Positions 35,155 to 47,768 are shown, counted from the first letter of the stretch. The stretch: DNA of 64,000 bases from Blepharisma stoltei ATCC 30299 (GCA_965603825.1 CBFDEM010000040.1:744001-808000), one strand, 5' to 3'. Numbers and translations: made by a program. Notes: a model not told the origin generated them from the sequence alone.

Positions 35155-36390
35155 ATGAAGGTGGATATTTATAAGAAAATGTCCAAATCTAAGACTAATC
35201 AAAGACTTGGCAGAGGCCCTCCTAAGCTTTCTAACGATTTTGGCATAAAGCTGCTTGAAAAAGAGCTGGAACTCGAAAAAAACTGAAGTATAGAAATAAT
35301 AAATGAACTCGTGCTGATGTATACAGAAATTATTGAATATTATGAATATAATAAAGATCCGCGATACTTGGATTTCCAAGACCGCATGCATAAAATGCTT
35401 GTCAAGCCTCAAGCAATCAGCACGATGAGGGAGGAAAACTTGTCTCCAATCAGAAACCGGCGAGAATCCATAAAATCACCATCTCCTCAAAAAGAGAGAA
35501 AAGATGAGGGAGAAGGCAAAAAAGAGGTAAACTCAGTACATAAAACACCAGTTCAGTATGTAATACCAGAAGTTGAAAATTCAGGGTCTGAAGGAGAAAA
35601 TGAGGGAGAAAACTTAAAAAATCAGCCAGAAGAAGAAATTGAAATAAAAATTGTCCCTGATAGCACAATAAGAAGAAATTCTCAGAGGAGGCATACTTTT
35701 TCAACACCTCAGCCAAAGCGGCCTGAGCATAAGTTAGAAGATAGCATAGAGCAGCGTAAAAAAGAATCAGAAAGGAACAAATCACTTTTGTCAGCTCAGC
35801 TTAACCAAGCTCTTGCAGAGCCTTCTTATAAATTTTCCAAAAATTTGGAAAGAATTATCCATCTTCATCAAACCAATTCCAAGGTAATTACCCAGAAATG
35901 TGCCTCAGATTTTAAATTTCAGGACTCAGATCTACAACGAAGGCTTGATTCTAGAAAAAAAGCAATGATAGACCGATCTACTGGGGATACCAGCGTTTTT
36001 GATTCCCCGCTCAACAAATCGTGTATTGATATTCTTCCTAGTGAAATAGAATACTCCCCTCCAGAAATCCATTTATTTGGCGATACTATGGATGAAGTAA
36101 ATTTGTCATTTGGTCCAAGCCTAGATGAATCTAAACATATAGAGAACATTGAAAATCAATTAGAAGATTTAATGGAAGCGTCTTTTTCAGAAAAAGCTTC
36201 AAAAATCAGTGAAATAAAACTGAATTATGAAGTGCAAATAAAAGAGCTGGAAGGACAAGGAGGGTTTATGAACTTAATAATTGATCAAATGAAGGAAAAC
36301 ATGAAGCAGGAGATACAAGACGTGTCTAAGGAATTGGACACTCGACGAAAAGAAAAAATCAATTTATTAAAGAGGAGCTTTATGATGTAG
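35155..36390 (+). CDS. Hypothetical protein
   Basis: ATG 35155 (or 35179) is in frame with the 359-aa ORF through one TGA=W. Confidence 0.75.
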
Positions 36391-37135
36391 GAATTTGATA
36401 ATATAACACATTTTAAAATAATAGTGATGCTTATATGCTGATAGAGAATTGCATTAGAGCAAAGCTTTATAATGAATTGTAGCTGGGGCTATTAATTTAT
36501 TAAAGATATTATTTTATTGAATAGCGCTTTCGCGTTCAAGTGTATTTCTAAGTTGCATTAAAAGTATTTCAGATAATTGGATTATTCACATCTTTTATGT
36601 CAATAAATTTATTAATCAAATATGAAATGAAAATCTTTTAGCTAATTATTATAGATGGCATAAGGAAGAGACACTTTGATGACCTGAAGATGGATTCAAT
36701 AATATAAGAATTGCAAATCCAAAAGGATTTTTGCATGATCATAAAAAAATAGATAAAACCCTTCAAGAAGACAATAAGTTTCACATATAGAAAACTGTTC
36801 TTTAGGTTTCTATGGCTAAATCTTCATTTAAAAACAGTTTCTATATCTAATGATTATCAAAAATAATAAAAGCTTTTTATCATATGAAAATTAACTCCTA
36901 AATTAATTTCACTGACAATTTTATAATTTTAGGACTTTGGACATGAAGCTGATTTTAAAGGCTATTGCACCTAAAAAATCCTTATATATTTCAATATTTT
37001 ATTAGTGGCTATACATCACCCAAGCATTCCAATTTTAGCAAAGACATTTAAACGTTGGATATGCTGAAGTCGATGTGCACTCTTAAATAGTAACAATTTT
37101 TTCATGAAGCTCAAACAAGAGGGACCCTCAATTTA

Positions 37136-37244
37136 TGGCGCAAAAGTAAATACTTTCCATCTATTTACCTAATAAATAATTTTAGCAAAATGCCACACTT
37201 TTGCTGGTTACTGAAAAACCATGAATTTCCGTTAGATATTTGAA
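37136..37244 (+). promoter_or_regulatory. Candidate cell-cycle promoter module (E2F-like, MYB/MSA-like, CHR-like)
   Basis: TGGCGCAAAA 37136-37145, CCGTTAG (AACGG core on the minus strand) 37229-37235 and TTTGAA 37239-37244, upstream of the cyclin ATG. Confidence 0.3.
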
Positions 37245-37265
37245 ATTAAAATAAATTTAAACTAT

Positions 37266-38183
37266 ATGAACCTAAGTGGTTGCTACTCTCTTGAAAATAA
37301 AGAAAACCTATACCAAGTCCTCAAGCCCGCTTCTGCTAGTACCCACAGAACGTTTGGCCAAGACATAACAAACTTGATACTGCGCCCCCATGATTCTGAT
37401 AAAATTGATTCTCAGGACCCACAACGGCTTGGCTATTACGCACATGAAATTTTCGCTTATTTGCATAAGGTCGAGAACAATTTCCAAGCAAACTTCGGAT
37501 ATTTGAAGGCTCAGTTCGAAATCAATGAAAGCATGAGGAGCATTTTGATTGACTGAGTCATCGAAGTCCATTTAAAGTTCAAGCTGATGCCGGAGACCTT
37601 ATTTTTAACTGTAAATATCATAGACCGATTCTGTGAGGCTGCGATTGTATCAAGACACAATTATCAGCTATTAGCTATTTCTGCATTGCTTATAGCTTGT
37701 AAATATGAAGAAATCACAGTCCCTGATATAAAATCACTATCTTTCATATCAGATCACACTTATTCACAAAAAGAAATACTTGCTATGGAAGGAAGTATTT
37801 TAAGGGCTCTCCATTTCAACGTAACGGTGACAACTCCATTTCGATTTCTTGAAAGATATGCAAGACTTATTCATATGGACAACTTAGCCTTTAATCTTGC
37901 ACACTACACAATAGAGCTATCTCTTATGGATTATAAAATGCTGAAATACTCTCCCTCACAAATTGCTGCAAGTTCTATATATTTGACAAATAAATTATAT
38001 AATAACGACTCAGCATGGCCACAGATACTTATAGAAGAAAGTCCTTATAACGATACAGATCTAAGAGCTTGTGCTAAAGAATTATGCTTAAATTTGCAAG
38101 GATCAAGACAGTCACCTTTTCAAGCATTATTCAAGAAATTTTCATTGCCACGGTTTTGTGAGGTAGCCAAAATGGTATTTTAA
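37266..38183 (+). CDS. Mitotic (A/B-type) cyclin
   Basis: D-box-like RTFGQDITN, MRSILID-W(TGA 37554)-VIEVH, ETLFLTVNIIDRF, KYEE. Confidence 0.95.
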
Positions 38184-38198
38184 GTAAATAAATATTAA

Positions 38199-39701
38199 AT
38201 GGATTGGAAAAATAAGCTTCCTAACATCCTCAATAAATTCAGAACTCAGCTTTATTCAAGAAGATATGATGGCATGGACAAGGTGTATGAGCTATTTCAT
38301 GTATTTTTCATATAGGAATGTGATGTTGATAGCAGCGGATCACTTAACCGCTATGAATTTCAAGCTTTTTTAAGCAAGGTAGGACTATTTATGAGTTCGC
38401 AGGAGCAAGCTGAACTGTTTAGATATTATGATAAAAATCAGGATGGGAATATATCTGTCAGGGAATTCTTGAATTCTCTGCAAGAAACCATTTCAGATAG
38501 AAGACTCTCAGCAGTTAAGCACACATGGCAAATTTTGGATCAGAGAAAGCGTGGGTTTATAGAAGTAGAAGAACTCAAGCGTCTCTATAACGAAAACCGT
38601 CATCCCAGAGTCATAACCCGAGAAAAAACAAAAGAACTCGTCAGAGAAGAATTTGAAAACGCCCTAAGAAAATACTCAGAAGGCCGAGTTATGACTGAAG
38701 ATGGTTTTTTAGCTTACTATGCCAACTTAAGTGCCACTTTACCATTAGAGCAAGACCACTTTTTTGAAGCCTTACTTACCAATACTTGGGACCTTAATTC
38801 TAGAAGGAATCCAGTCCCGGATGCCAGGCTAAATGAAATAGAAGATTTAATTTATGAAAAAATCAGGCAGAGGATAAGGGGGGATGAAGATGAAGGCAGG
38901 GCTATGCAAAAGACCTTTAGACACTTTGATAAAGATAACTCAGGGACTATTACTTTTGAAGAGTTCACTAAATGTCTACAGCATTGGGGATGCGCTTTTG
39001 ATAATCAAGAAGCTAGGGCACTTTTTGATAAATATGACGTTGATAAGTCAGGAACCATTGTTTATGAGGAGTTTTCAGGGATTTTTGCAAGGAGAGGAGC
39101 TGGGGACCGACATCAGTTTAAGCCAAGAAGGGAGCTGCCAAAGGCACTTATAAGTAAGCTTAAAAATGATATCCTGAAAAGAGGCACTATAAGAGACCTT
39201 GAAACTTTATTAAGAAGAATGGACGTGAATGGCGATGACTATTTAACCCGTCACGAATTCGAATGGGGACTGCGCGAAAACGGCCATGTTTTGAGCCCTA
39301 TGGATCTCGACAGACTTTTTAGGTATTTTGACATAAATCATGATGGAAAAGTTTCCTATCAAGAATTTTTAGACGCTTTAAAAGACGATATAAGCCAGAA
39401 ACGAAAAGACCTTATTGCTATGGCTTATAAGAAATTAGAAACTAATTCTGATGGACAAGTCACTTTGAGCGGTATAAGGCAGAATTATAACGGCACTGCA
39501 CACCCAGAGTTTAGATCAGGTGCAAAGACAAGAGATCAAGTTTTAGTAGAGTTTATGAATAAGTGGGGAAGCGTCAGAGCCAACCAAGCGATTTCTCTTG
39601 AAGATTTCGAGAATTTTTATAAAGATATATCCGCAAATGTCAAAAGTGATGACGACTTTGAACAGATGATCCGAGGAGCCTGGAGCCTTGCAGAAGAGTA
39701 A
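38199..39701 (+). CDS. Multi-EF-hand calcium-binding protein (calcyphosin-like, duplicated module)
   Basis: Many EF loops (DKNQDGNIS, DKDNSGTIT, DVDKSGTIV, DINHDGKVS) and two HP..G.KT..V..EF motifs. Intron 38301-38315. Confidence 0.85.
38301..38315 (+). other. 15-nt intron GTATTTTTCATATAG
   Basis: Restores EF-hand LFH|ECDVDSSGSL. Confidence 0.9.
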
Positions 39702-39761
39702 GAATAATAATCTTCATTTCTGAACATTATGATTTTCATATTAAATCAATAATTTCAGCTT

Positions 39762-40472
39762 ATGCCACCCAAGCTAAGAAAGAAGCCAATTCAAAATAGC
39801 ATAGTTGTAATAGAAAGAAAACCAATAGACCTCCAAGAAATCGCAAAAAGGCAAGCATCAAAAATAAATCGAGAAAGTGAATCCTTAAACCGATCCAACA
39901 CAGAACTGCATTTATCTAGGAAACAGTCTCATGAGCCTCGATATGTAAACAATAAATCTAATTATGATATAGTATTATCAGATTTATCATCGACACCGAC
40001 ACTATCTAAATCTAGAACTTCTACGCCTGCAAAGCCACATTTTGAACAAACTTATGAATCTTCACCTATGAAAATGAACGAAACAGCAAATCCGATCTTT
40101 AGTAACTCAAATGTTGAAATTTTGGCTCAAAATTTAGCTTTAAAATACAAGAAAAAATATAAAAAGCAAGCCAAAGAACTTGTGAATAGGCAAAATGAAA
40201 TTCATAATTTTCAAATGGAGTCTATGAGGAGGCTATATGAAGAAAAATTAAAAAAATACAGGGAAATTATCATAAAGCTGCAAAAAGATAATGAAGATCT
40301 TCTAGCGAAAAATATGAATTCGGAAAAAATAATTGAAAATCCAACAGAGAAGCTTGAAGAAGAAAACTTATGACTGAAAAAAGAAATACAAAAATTAAAA
40401 GCAAAAACTTATCATAAAGGGTCTGAATTTACGCTTGGGAGAATCCCTGATAATTTGTATAGTGAAATCTAA
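39762..40472 (+). CDS. Hypothetical coiled-coil protein
   Basis: ORF extended through TGA 40371 to TAA 40472. Confidence 0.7.
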
Positions 40473-40541
40473 GAAAATATTAATTCATGGAAACAATGAA
40501 GATAGGGAAAAAGCTTTATTAATTGATAACAATAATTAATA

Positions 40542-41966
40542 TTAAATTAAATAGCTTGCAGATCGCAAGTTCTTCATAGGAGAAAATCTCAATGGAGGAG
40601 TATAGCATCAGTCCCTTATACTTTCTGGGGTCTTATTCAGCGATCTTTCTCTCACATGAGTCTTTTTTGATTTAACCAAACTTTCCCATATTTTTTCTAT
40701 ATGAGTGTTGGGGCGGATTTTCTGTGGAGAATTGCTTTCACCTCTACAATAAATCGCTTTCATAGAAGACTTGCTTCTTCTGTCTCTTATTTCCTGCTTC
40801 AGAGGCATCAATATTATTTTTTTCGCTTTTCATATAGCAACATTTTGAGGATTTTTTATTAAACTTTCAGAGTATGATCTATTTGGGCTTTTTTCTGTAA
40901 TAAAAAACCCTGGGCTTTGGTCAGGAGTGTCTATTATTTCTTTTGCTTCTCTTCTTGAAGAAGTAGGCATTTCTCTGTTTCGAACATAAATTTCTGGGGC
41001 GAATGCAAGCCAAATTTTATTTTCGTCATCTTTCATGAACTCTGCTTTAATTTTTAATATTTGATACTTTGTGTGCTCAAAAATAATTGAAACAATCCTT
41101 TTACACATTAGCTGGCAATATTCTTTAGGATCACTATACATCAGTTGAGTTTCGTTTTCCTGTTCTTCAATATAGTTCGACAATGTTCTATTGTCTCTAT
41201 CTGAATACAGCTCAACCGTAATTATTTCACCTATCCCAAATTTACATTTAATAACTGTCTGTATATATGAAATTGTCCTTCATATCAGACTTCCAGGCCT
41301 TTCACACATAAAATCAGTGAACTCTTTTTCGCTCATTACCCTTAACACTCCATCTTCAAATTGAGGATTTTCTTCAATTTCTGCACAGTCTTTCCCTTTC
41401 ACTAAATATTTCAATAAAACTGTTTCTTTACCATATAAGTCTTGGGTAATAAAAACAGCTGAGTCATTTTCGTTATTTCCTTTTACAAGGCTTAAATCTT
41501 CTTTTTTTCTCTTTTTTACGATTTTCGTAAAAGATTTCAAAATTTTGGCTAAGTTCAGCCTTTCTGGGTTTGAGGTCATTTTTATATAACTTTCCCTTAA
41601 GGGCTGGACAATAGCAATAGGTTTTCCTCGTCGAAAAATTACAGTGTCGGGGACTGTTATTTTGATAGGTAATTTTTTGGACAACTTTCCAAGCTCAATT
41701 AAAAGCCATGTGAAGGTTTTTAATTTTCCTTGTTTATGGACTTCGTAGTCTGTATAGTCAAAAATCTTTTTTGGCTTATTTGGAGCTCTTTTTATTTGAA
41801 AGTTGCAAATTGAGCATTGACAAAAAAATTGTGATACAATTTTGCCATACAGTCTATATTTCTTTCTTGCAGGAGAATTTGGAGATGTAGGCAATGACTC
41901 TAACTTGTTTTCAAGCAAGTCTTTCTCTGGAGTAGAAGCAATTAAGTTAGGTTGGAATTCATCCAT
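40542..41966 (-). CDS. Hypothetical protein
   Basis: Three in-frame ORFs joined by TGA=W at 41280, 40830 and 40608. TAA at 40542. Confidence 0.75.
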
Positions 41967-42005
41967 TTTACATAAAATAGTAAAAGCAAAGTTAATTTTA
42001 ATGTT

Positions 42006-43428
42006 TTATAAAGGAGTTTGTAAATTATCATCTCTTTTTTCAACAACAGAGAACATTCTTGCTATTTTCCTTTTTGGAAGAACACTTATTGAGCTATTTC
42101 TCCTTAAATTCAAAGTTTCTCTTCTTTTAAAAATATGTGAAGGCTTCTGAATAAGCTTTAAATGCTTTAAAAGCTTGATTAGTTCTGACACTTTTTCTTT
42201 TGTATTTGTTCCTTTAAAATTATGAATCTCTTCAGCACCATTAAAATTTGGTCTCGGAGTCAAATTTTCAGCCCCGTTTTCTGCATTTACAGTCAAATTC
42301 TCTGCTTCCTTTTCTAATAGCCTAAGCTGTGCTTCTAATGCCTTTTTTTCTTCAGCCAGTGCCCTTATCATTCTATTGCTTTTTTCAAACTCTGACCTTA
42401 AATTTGTATTTTCATGCAAAATAATGTCATGCTTATTCGTTAGATCATTTAAGCTTTCTCTTAAATGAAGCATTATTTTTTCGTTTTGAACGTTTTTTAG
42501 CTGTAATTCTCCTATCAAATTTTTATCAGCTAAAGACTCAGATCTGAGGTTACTGATTTTTTTGTGGGCTTGGGTAAGTTTTTCTTGAGTTTCACCTGCT
42601 TCTATTTTATACCTTTGGTTCTTAATATAAATTACCTGCTCTTCTAATTGCAGCATTTTCCATTCCGCAGCTTTGACTGGTGCATTTAGAGCTTCTTCTA
42701 GATCCCATTTTAACTGCTCAATTTCTTTGTCTTTTTTCTTTATTATTCCATTAAATTCTACATAAAATCCACCTTTATCTGACTGAATTAACAACCTATG
42801 AAGCTTATCAGCGTTTTTTTTGGAGTCTTCCCATAGCTCTTTATATGTATCTGCAATAATAAAATAAGGAATTTCTTCATCTAATAGGGCATCTTTGTAT
42901 ACATTTACCTATATGCTTATCATATATTTTTTCTAGTGCTTCTTCAGGGAGCTCTTTTTTGTTCATATAAAGCGATTTTGAAATTTCTGAAGTGATCAAT
43001 TGCATTTCTTTTTGGTAGGACCCAGCTTCATTTGAGCAAATATCTAAGGCTTTTGAAGCAGCTTTGGCTTTTTTTATATCAGGCTCTTGGGATGATTTTT
43101 CGAGCTCTTGAAGGACTTGGATAAGATCGTATTTATTTTTGAGTACTGATGAGGTAAATTGGACAAGAGAGGATGGAGCTTCTTTTATCGGGGTTAAATG
43201 AAAGCTTGAGGAGTTATTAATTTGGTGATTTCGAGTAAATATTGAGTTTGGGTTGACAATTCCGAAAGAAAAAGAAGTTTCACGCTTATACTTATCGGGA
43301 TGAAGTTTTAAGGAACTCATTGTATGATAATTTGGGATTTTCTTTAAAATTTTGGGAGATTTTTTGCGGAATCGCTTTCCTGGGTAGAGTGAAAGATCAT
43401 CTAGGCTTTGAGATAATGATATATTCAT
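42006..43428 (-). CDS. Coiled-coil protein (possibly TSNAXIP1-N-like)
   Basis: A 16-nt intron (42893-42908) puts the upstream exon in frame with the 262-aa ORF. LTPRPNF motif. Confidence 0.7.
42893..42908 (-). other. 16-nt intron GTAAATGTATACAAAG
   Basis: Phase 1, corrects the frame offset exactly, A at -6. Confidence 0.75.
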
Positions 43429-43786
43429 TGCGATCTTAATTTATTATACCATTTATTTGAAATTTTTAGGTCTTTTTTAAATTTTTGTGGCAGGCAAAGA
43501 GTTTTAGTAATTTTAAATATTCTGAAGAAGTATCACAATATTAATAAAGAAAATGAGAAATAGGAAAAAGTCACAAATCAATAAAAAAAATTTAAATGCA
43601 ATAGTATATGATGAATTGATTTAAATTTCAAATTTAAAAGCCCATCAATAAGAATAAGCCTAGAAATGCATTTATTGATGGCATAAATCAATGATTTAAA
43701 AATCTATCGAAATGGCTAGAATAGTATTTCAAGGTGTATTTATATGACTTAATCAATTTACTATAAACTTTTTGAAGATTATTAAC

Positions 43787-45106
43787 TTAATATGAAGAAA
43801 TACTTCCTCTTTCCTTTTCAGAAAAATGAGCCGACAGCATCAGCATTTGGTCTTCATACATCGTGACTTTCTTTTCCAATTGCACCAAAACTCTAGTAAT
43901 TAATTCCAATTGATTTTCAATCTGCATTAGCGTTCTACCTACTTCTTTTGGTAGCCCTGGTATTAGCGGGAAATTATTCCCATTATCCTGCTTATCTGAA
44001 GCCTCTGCCTTAACACTTTCATCTTTTATTTCTCCAGATTCACTTTTATGAGGCGAAAATGTGAATTCTTTTTCTCCTTTAGCTGCACTTTTTCTCATAT
44101 TTTCAGTCTCCCAAAAGCTTTTTTTCGTCGCTTTTTTCGGTAGCTCGATTTCAGTTTTTTGATTAATTTCTATATTTGATTTCCATATCATGACTAATTT
44201 GTCCATTCCTCCAGAGGCAAAATAGTCCCCGTCAGCTGAAAAATTAGCAATATTCGCTTCACCTTGATGGCCATATAAGGTGTAAAGAATGTGCCCTTGT
44301 CTGAGATCCCAGATTTTTAGGGTGGAATCATTGGAGCTTGATAGTAAATACATCCCAGAAGGATGGAATGATACAGAAGTCACAGAGTCCGCATGAGCAT
44401 CATAGTGCTGGAGAAGTCTCTGAGACCGAATATCCCAGATTTTGATTTTTCTGTCAGAGCTGCCGCTCGCAATGCAAGTGCCATCTGGGTGAAAACGGAC
44501 CTTATTTATGCCGCCTGTATGGTCACTAAATGTAGACAGGCAGATTTTTTGAGATAAATCCCATAGTTTTACTGTGCGGTCGTCGCCTCCAGAAACTGCC
44601 ATTCTTGAATCTGGGCTGAATCGAGCATCTTTTACCCAATTCAAATGCCCAGTCAAGGAAAATTGGAATTTTCTGTCTTCAACAGTCCACACTTTGAGAG
44701 ATTTGTCGTCCGATGAGGTTAATAATAAAGATCCATCAGTTGAAAAGCAGACGCTTCTTACACTTGCAGTATGAGCTTTTAATACTACAGACTTGTTTTT
44801 GACAGTATTTTGCCACAGACGCACTGTTTCGTCCTTTGAAGCAGATGCAATTATATCACCTGTTGGAGAGTAACAAGCATCAGTCACTGCTGCACGATGG
44901 CCTGTAAATTTGTATGGGCGCATTTCGGGTTTAAAATGCCATACCATGACATTTGAATCTTCAGAACCAGATAAAACTTGTTTTAAATTGTGTTGCAGGT
45001 CAACTGCAGTGATCGGGGCACTGTGGCCTTGGAAATTTCTTTTAAGCTGAGGGTCTGAGCTGCTTGATTTCAGCCGATTTTGGTCATTCTAGATAAAATT
45101 TACCAT
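43787..45106 (-). CDS. POC1: Centriolar/basal-body WD40 protein POC1
   Basis: DPQLKRNFQGH, seven WD40 repeats, C-terminal TLMQIENQLELITRVLVQLEKKVT coiled coil. ATG-only first coding exon plus intron 45089-45103. Confidence 0.92.
45089..45103 (-). other. 15-nt intron GTAAATTTTATCTAG directly after the start codon
   Basis: ATG|intron|AAT GAC..; retention gives MVNFI-stop. Confidence 0.85.
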
Positions 45107-45547
45107 TCGGAAGAAAATTATTTAGAAAGAAATGAAATGAAAAAGGTGGAAATTGAGAACATTAGAGTAATTCGTAAAGGAAATAATATAAAAGAATAGA
45201 AATATAAATAAGAAAAAGTAGTCTCAAAAGAATCTTCCTGGACTCGAAGCTTATTGGGCGGTCTAAAGCTTTGCAAAAAGCAATAATTACGAAATTAAAG
45301 CGAAATAAGAAATAAGTAGAACATAAAATTGCAGCTGTCAAATGATGAGCTAGAATCGGTTAAATGAAGAAATTACTTCAGAGAATGAAATTAGCGAAAA
45401 AGAAGTATGAAAAAAGATATGATGTCATTTCTGATTGAATAATGCGGGGAGCTTGCTAATTAGGGCAAGATGAGACAACCCCAGCCAATAAGTTATGCTA
45501 CATAGAAGTTTTAAGTTTCAATTTAATTGAAGCATTTATTTAAGCGT

Positions 45548-45977
45548 TTAACTTTTATCTGGCGTATCAGGAAGCACAATATTCTTTCCAGAAATTACTT
45601 AAACCAGAATTTTTTCATAAAAATCTTCTTTTCTATTCATTCTTTCTTCAAGCCTCATCAAAAGATCCATTGTTTTGCCCTCGCTTTGAGAAATTTGTGC
45701 TTAAAGCTGGTCAAACCTTTTATCGACAGACTTAAACCTTTCCTTCGACATACTTCATCAATTTTTGAATTCATATCTTTGAGAGTACGTTTTCTTATAT
45801 GAGAATCAAAGTTCCAAATACGATACCCACTATAAGCAGTCTCACACTTGGAGGCAGATGCTTATTTAGGTTTACAGCCTTGTTGTATAAGATATTCGCT
45901 TTATTTGTCAAGAGATCTAAATTAACCAAAAAATCACTTGACAACTTCCTCTTTAAGTTCGACAAAACACTTAGCAT
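45548..45977 (-). pseudogene. Decayed single-TM + heptad-repeat gene (copy A)
   Basis: MLSVL..LLIVGIVFGTLILI-stop, then ERFKSVDKRFDQL*AQ..LMRLEERM in another frame with TAA stops. Confidence 0.55.
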
Positions 45978-45995
45978 TTTTATAATTATAGAGGA

Positions 45996-46482
45996 TATTT
46001 TGCCAAAGACTCCATGCAGTTATATCACTTGTTGGAGAGTAGCAAGCATCAGTCACTGCTGCACGATGGCCTGTAAATTTTTATGGGCGCATTTCAGGTT
46101 TAAAATGCCATACCATGATATTTGAATCTAAGAACCAGATAAAACTTGTTTTAAATTTTGTTGCAGGTCAACTGCAGTGATCGGGGCACTGTGGCCTTGG
46201 AAATTTCTTTTTAGCTGAGGGTCTGAGCTGCTTGATTTCAGCCGATTTTGGTCATTCTAGATAAAATTTACCATTCGGAAGAAAGTTATTTAGAAAGAAA
46301 TTAAATGAAAAAGGTGAAAATTGAGAACTCAAGAGTAATTTATAAGTAAAATAATATAAAACACCCAAATAAAAATAAGAAAAACAACAGTCTCAAATAA
46401 TCTTCTGGATTTGATGCTTGATGGCAGTCTAGGGCTTTGCAAAATTAAAGCGAAAGAAGAGTTAAGTAGAACAGAAAATTGC
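45996..46482 (-). pseudogene. Truncated duplicate of the POC1 5' end and upstream region (copy of 44806-45332)
   Basis: Near-identical coding segment, same ATG and intron (46257-46274), 1-nt deletion near 46130, truncated in the second WD repeat. Confidence 0.9.
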
Positions 46483-46629
46483 TAAATATTACACACTTAT
46501 AAAAAATCTCACATTTGGATGCTGATGCTTACATATGTCTACAGCTTTCAAATATATGGCATTGGCTTTCACTAGCCACAGATATAAATTAGCCCAAAAT
46601 TTTCTCATCTTTGGCAAAAAACTTGGCAT
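46483..46629 (-). pseudogene. Truncated paralog (copy B) of the 45548-45977 gene
   Basis: FWANLYLWLVKANAIYLKAVDICKHQHPNVRFFI aligns with FLVNLDLLTNKANILYNKAVNLNKHLPPSVRLLI. Confidence 0.7.
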
Positions 46630-47110
46630 TTATTATCAAAATTTATTACTAAGATATGCACTAAATGGGGCTATGCGCTTGCTATTGATTACAAAATAAT
46701 TCCGTTTAACATTCCTAGAATCATAGATTAGATAAGCGTGCAAAAATAATTTTATCTAATTGAGATGATAATCCAGCTGCACATGCTACTACTATATAAT
46801 CTACAAGATAATTGCTTAAGCTTGCCATATAAATATTCAAAGATATCTATATCAGACATAAGATAAGATTTATTTATTTCAAATAATGCACTTAAGCAAT
46901 GAATAAACCAGTAAGCAAGAATACTCAGAATTAATTTAAATAATTAAAATTGGCTTAATTGCCTTAGTTACTCTCTTCTTTATAGATAAATGATACTACC
47001 TTCTAGCTATTTCTCCAGTCTATCAAAGACTTGAGATAAATCTCAAAAAATACCTTCTAATACTGGCTTTCTATGAATTAATTATAATTTAATGATTTTA
47101 TCATTTATAT

Positions 47111-47582
47111 TTACCCCTGAGAAGTTACTTGATTTTCAGCTTCTTCATTAAATTTTTGGAATCGCCACACTATTTCATCTTCAGGTTTTACCTTAAATTC
47201 ATCATTGCAAATTTTGTTTCAGTCAAGTTTGTTTCCTTTGACGTAAGGCACCCACATATTTCCGCTCATTGGATCTTTGAGATTTTCAACTTCAATTCCC
47301 AGGAGTCTTTGAACAACGTAATCAAATTTATCATTTTCTTTATCATAGATTGACATAAAATTCGCATCAATGCTATCGCCAGTATCCTTGTCAAACGAAA
47401 TTATGTTCATAAGTGTTGGCAGTGGTATCTCATCAAATTCAGAAGTTACAGAAAAATCTAATGGCTCGTCATTCAAAGTTCTGTAAACTTTTATCGAATA
47501 TTTCTTTTTGACCTAGATAAAAAGTCACGATGACAGCTTGAAACCCTGGAGTTGTCCTTGTACTGCTTGCGCCACAGCCCAT
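47111..47582 (-). CDS. MGCGAS-acylated small protein with DUF4430/transcobalamin-C-like beta-grasp signature
   Basis: 16-nt intron 47513-47528, TGA=W at 47219. YVVQRLLGIE..W.PYVKG..VKPEDEIVWRF. The gene model is solid; the domain call is tentative. Confidence 0.7.
47513..47528 (-). other. 16-nt intron GTGACTTTTTATCTAG
   Basis: Joins the MGCGAS exon in frame to the downstream ORF, A at -6. Confidence 0.8.
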
Positions 47583-47768
47583 ATTTAATTTGTCTAACCG
47601 AACTTATATTGCTGACGAATTTATAATAAATTTTGTATTTCTACAGACTATCTGCAAGTAACTCAGAATATTAAACCTTCTTAATTAATTTTTATTGAGT
47701 AAAGCTATTTTTATACATATAAATCAGGATAAATTGCAAATGAAAAATGAAATTATGATTAATTTGAC

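Noticed and set aside
36391-37130. Long intergenic region as ncRNA, IES or hidden gene
   Set aside because: No convincing frame even with TGA=Trp and micro-introns, and no tRNA/snRNA motif or terminal inverted repeats seen.
38184-38198. 15-bp cyclin/EF-hand spacer GTAAATAAATATTAA as an intron fusing two genes
   Set aside because: It ends in AA rather than AG, lacks the -6 A, and lies after the cyclin stop codon.
45338-45438. Box C/D snoRNA-like pattern (ATGATGA 45342 ... CTGA 45431, TCAA/TTGA ends)
   Set aside because: Stem geometry is off by one for a k-turn, I recognise no rRNA-complementary guide, and such motifs arise by chance. snoscan or Infernal would decide.
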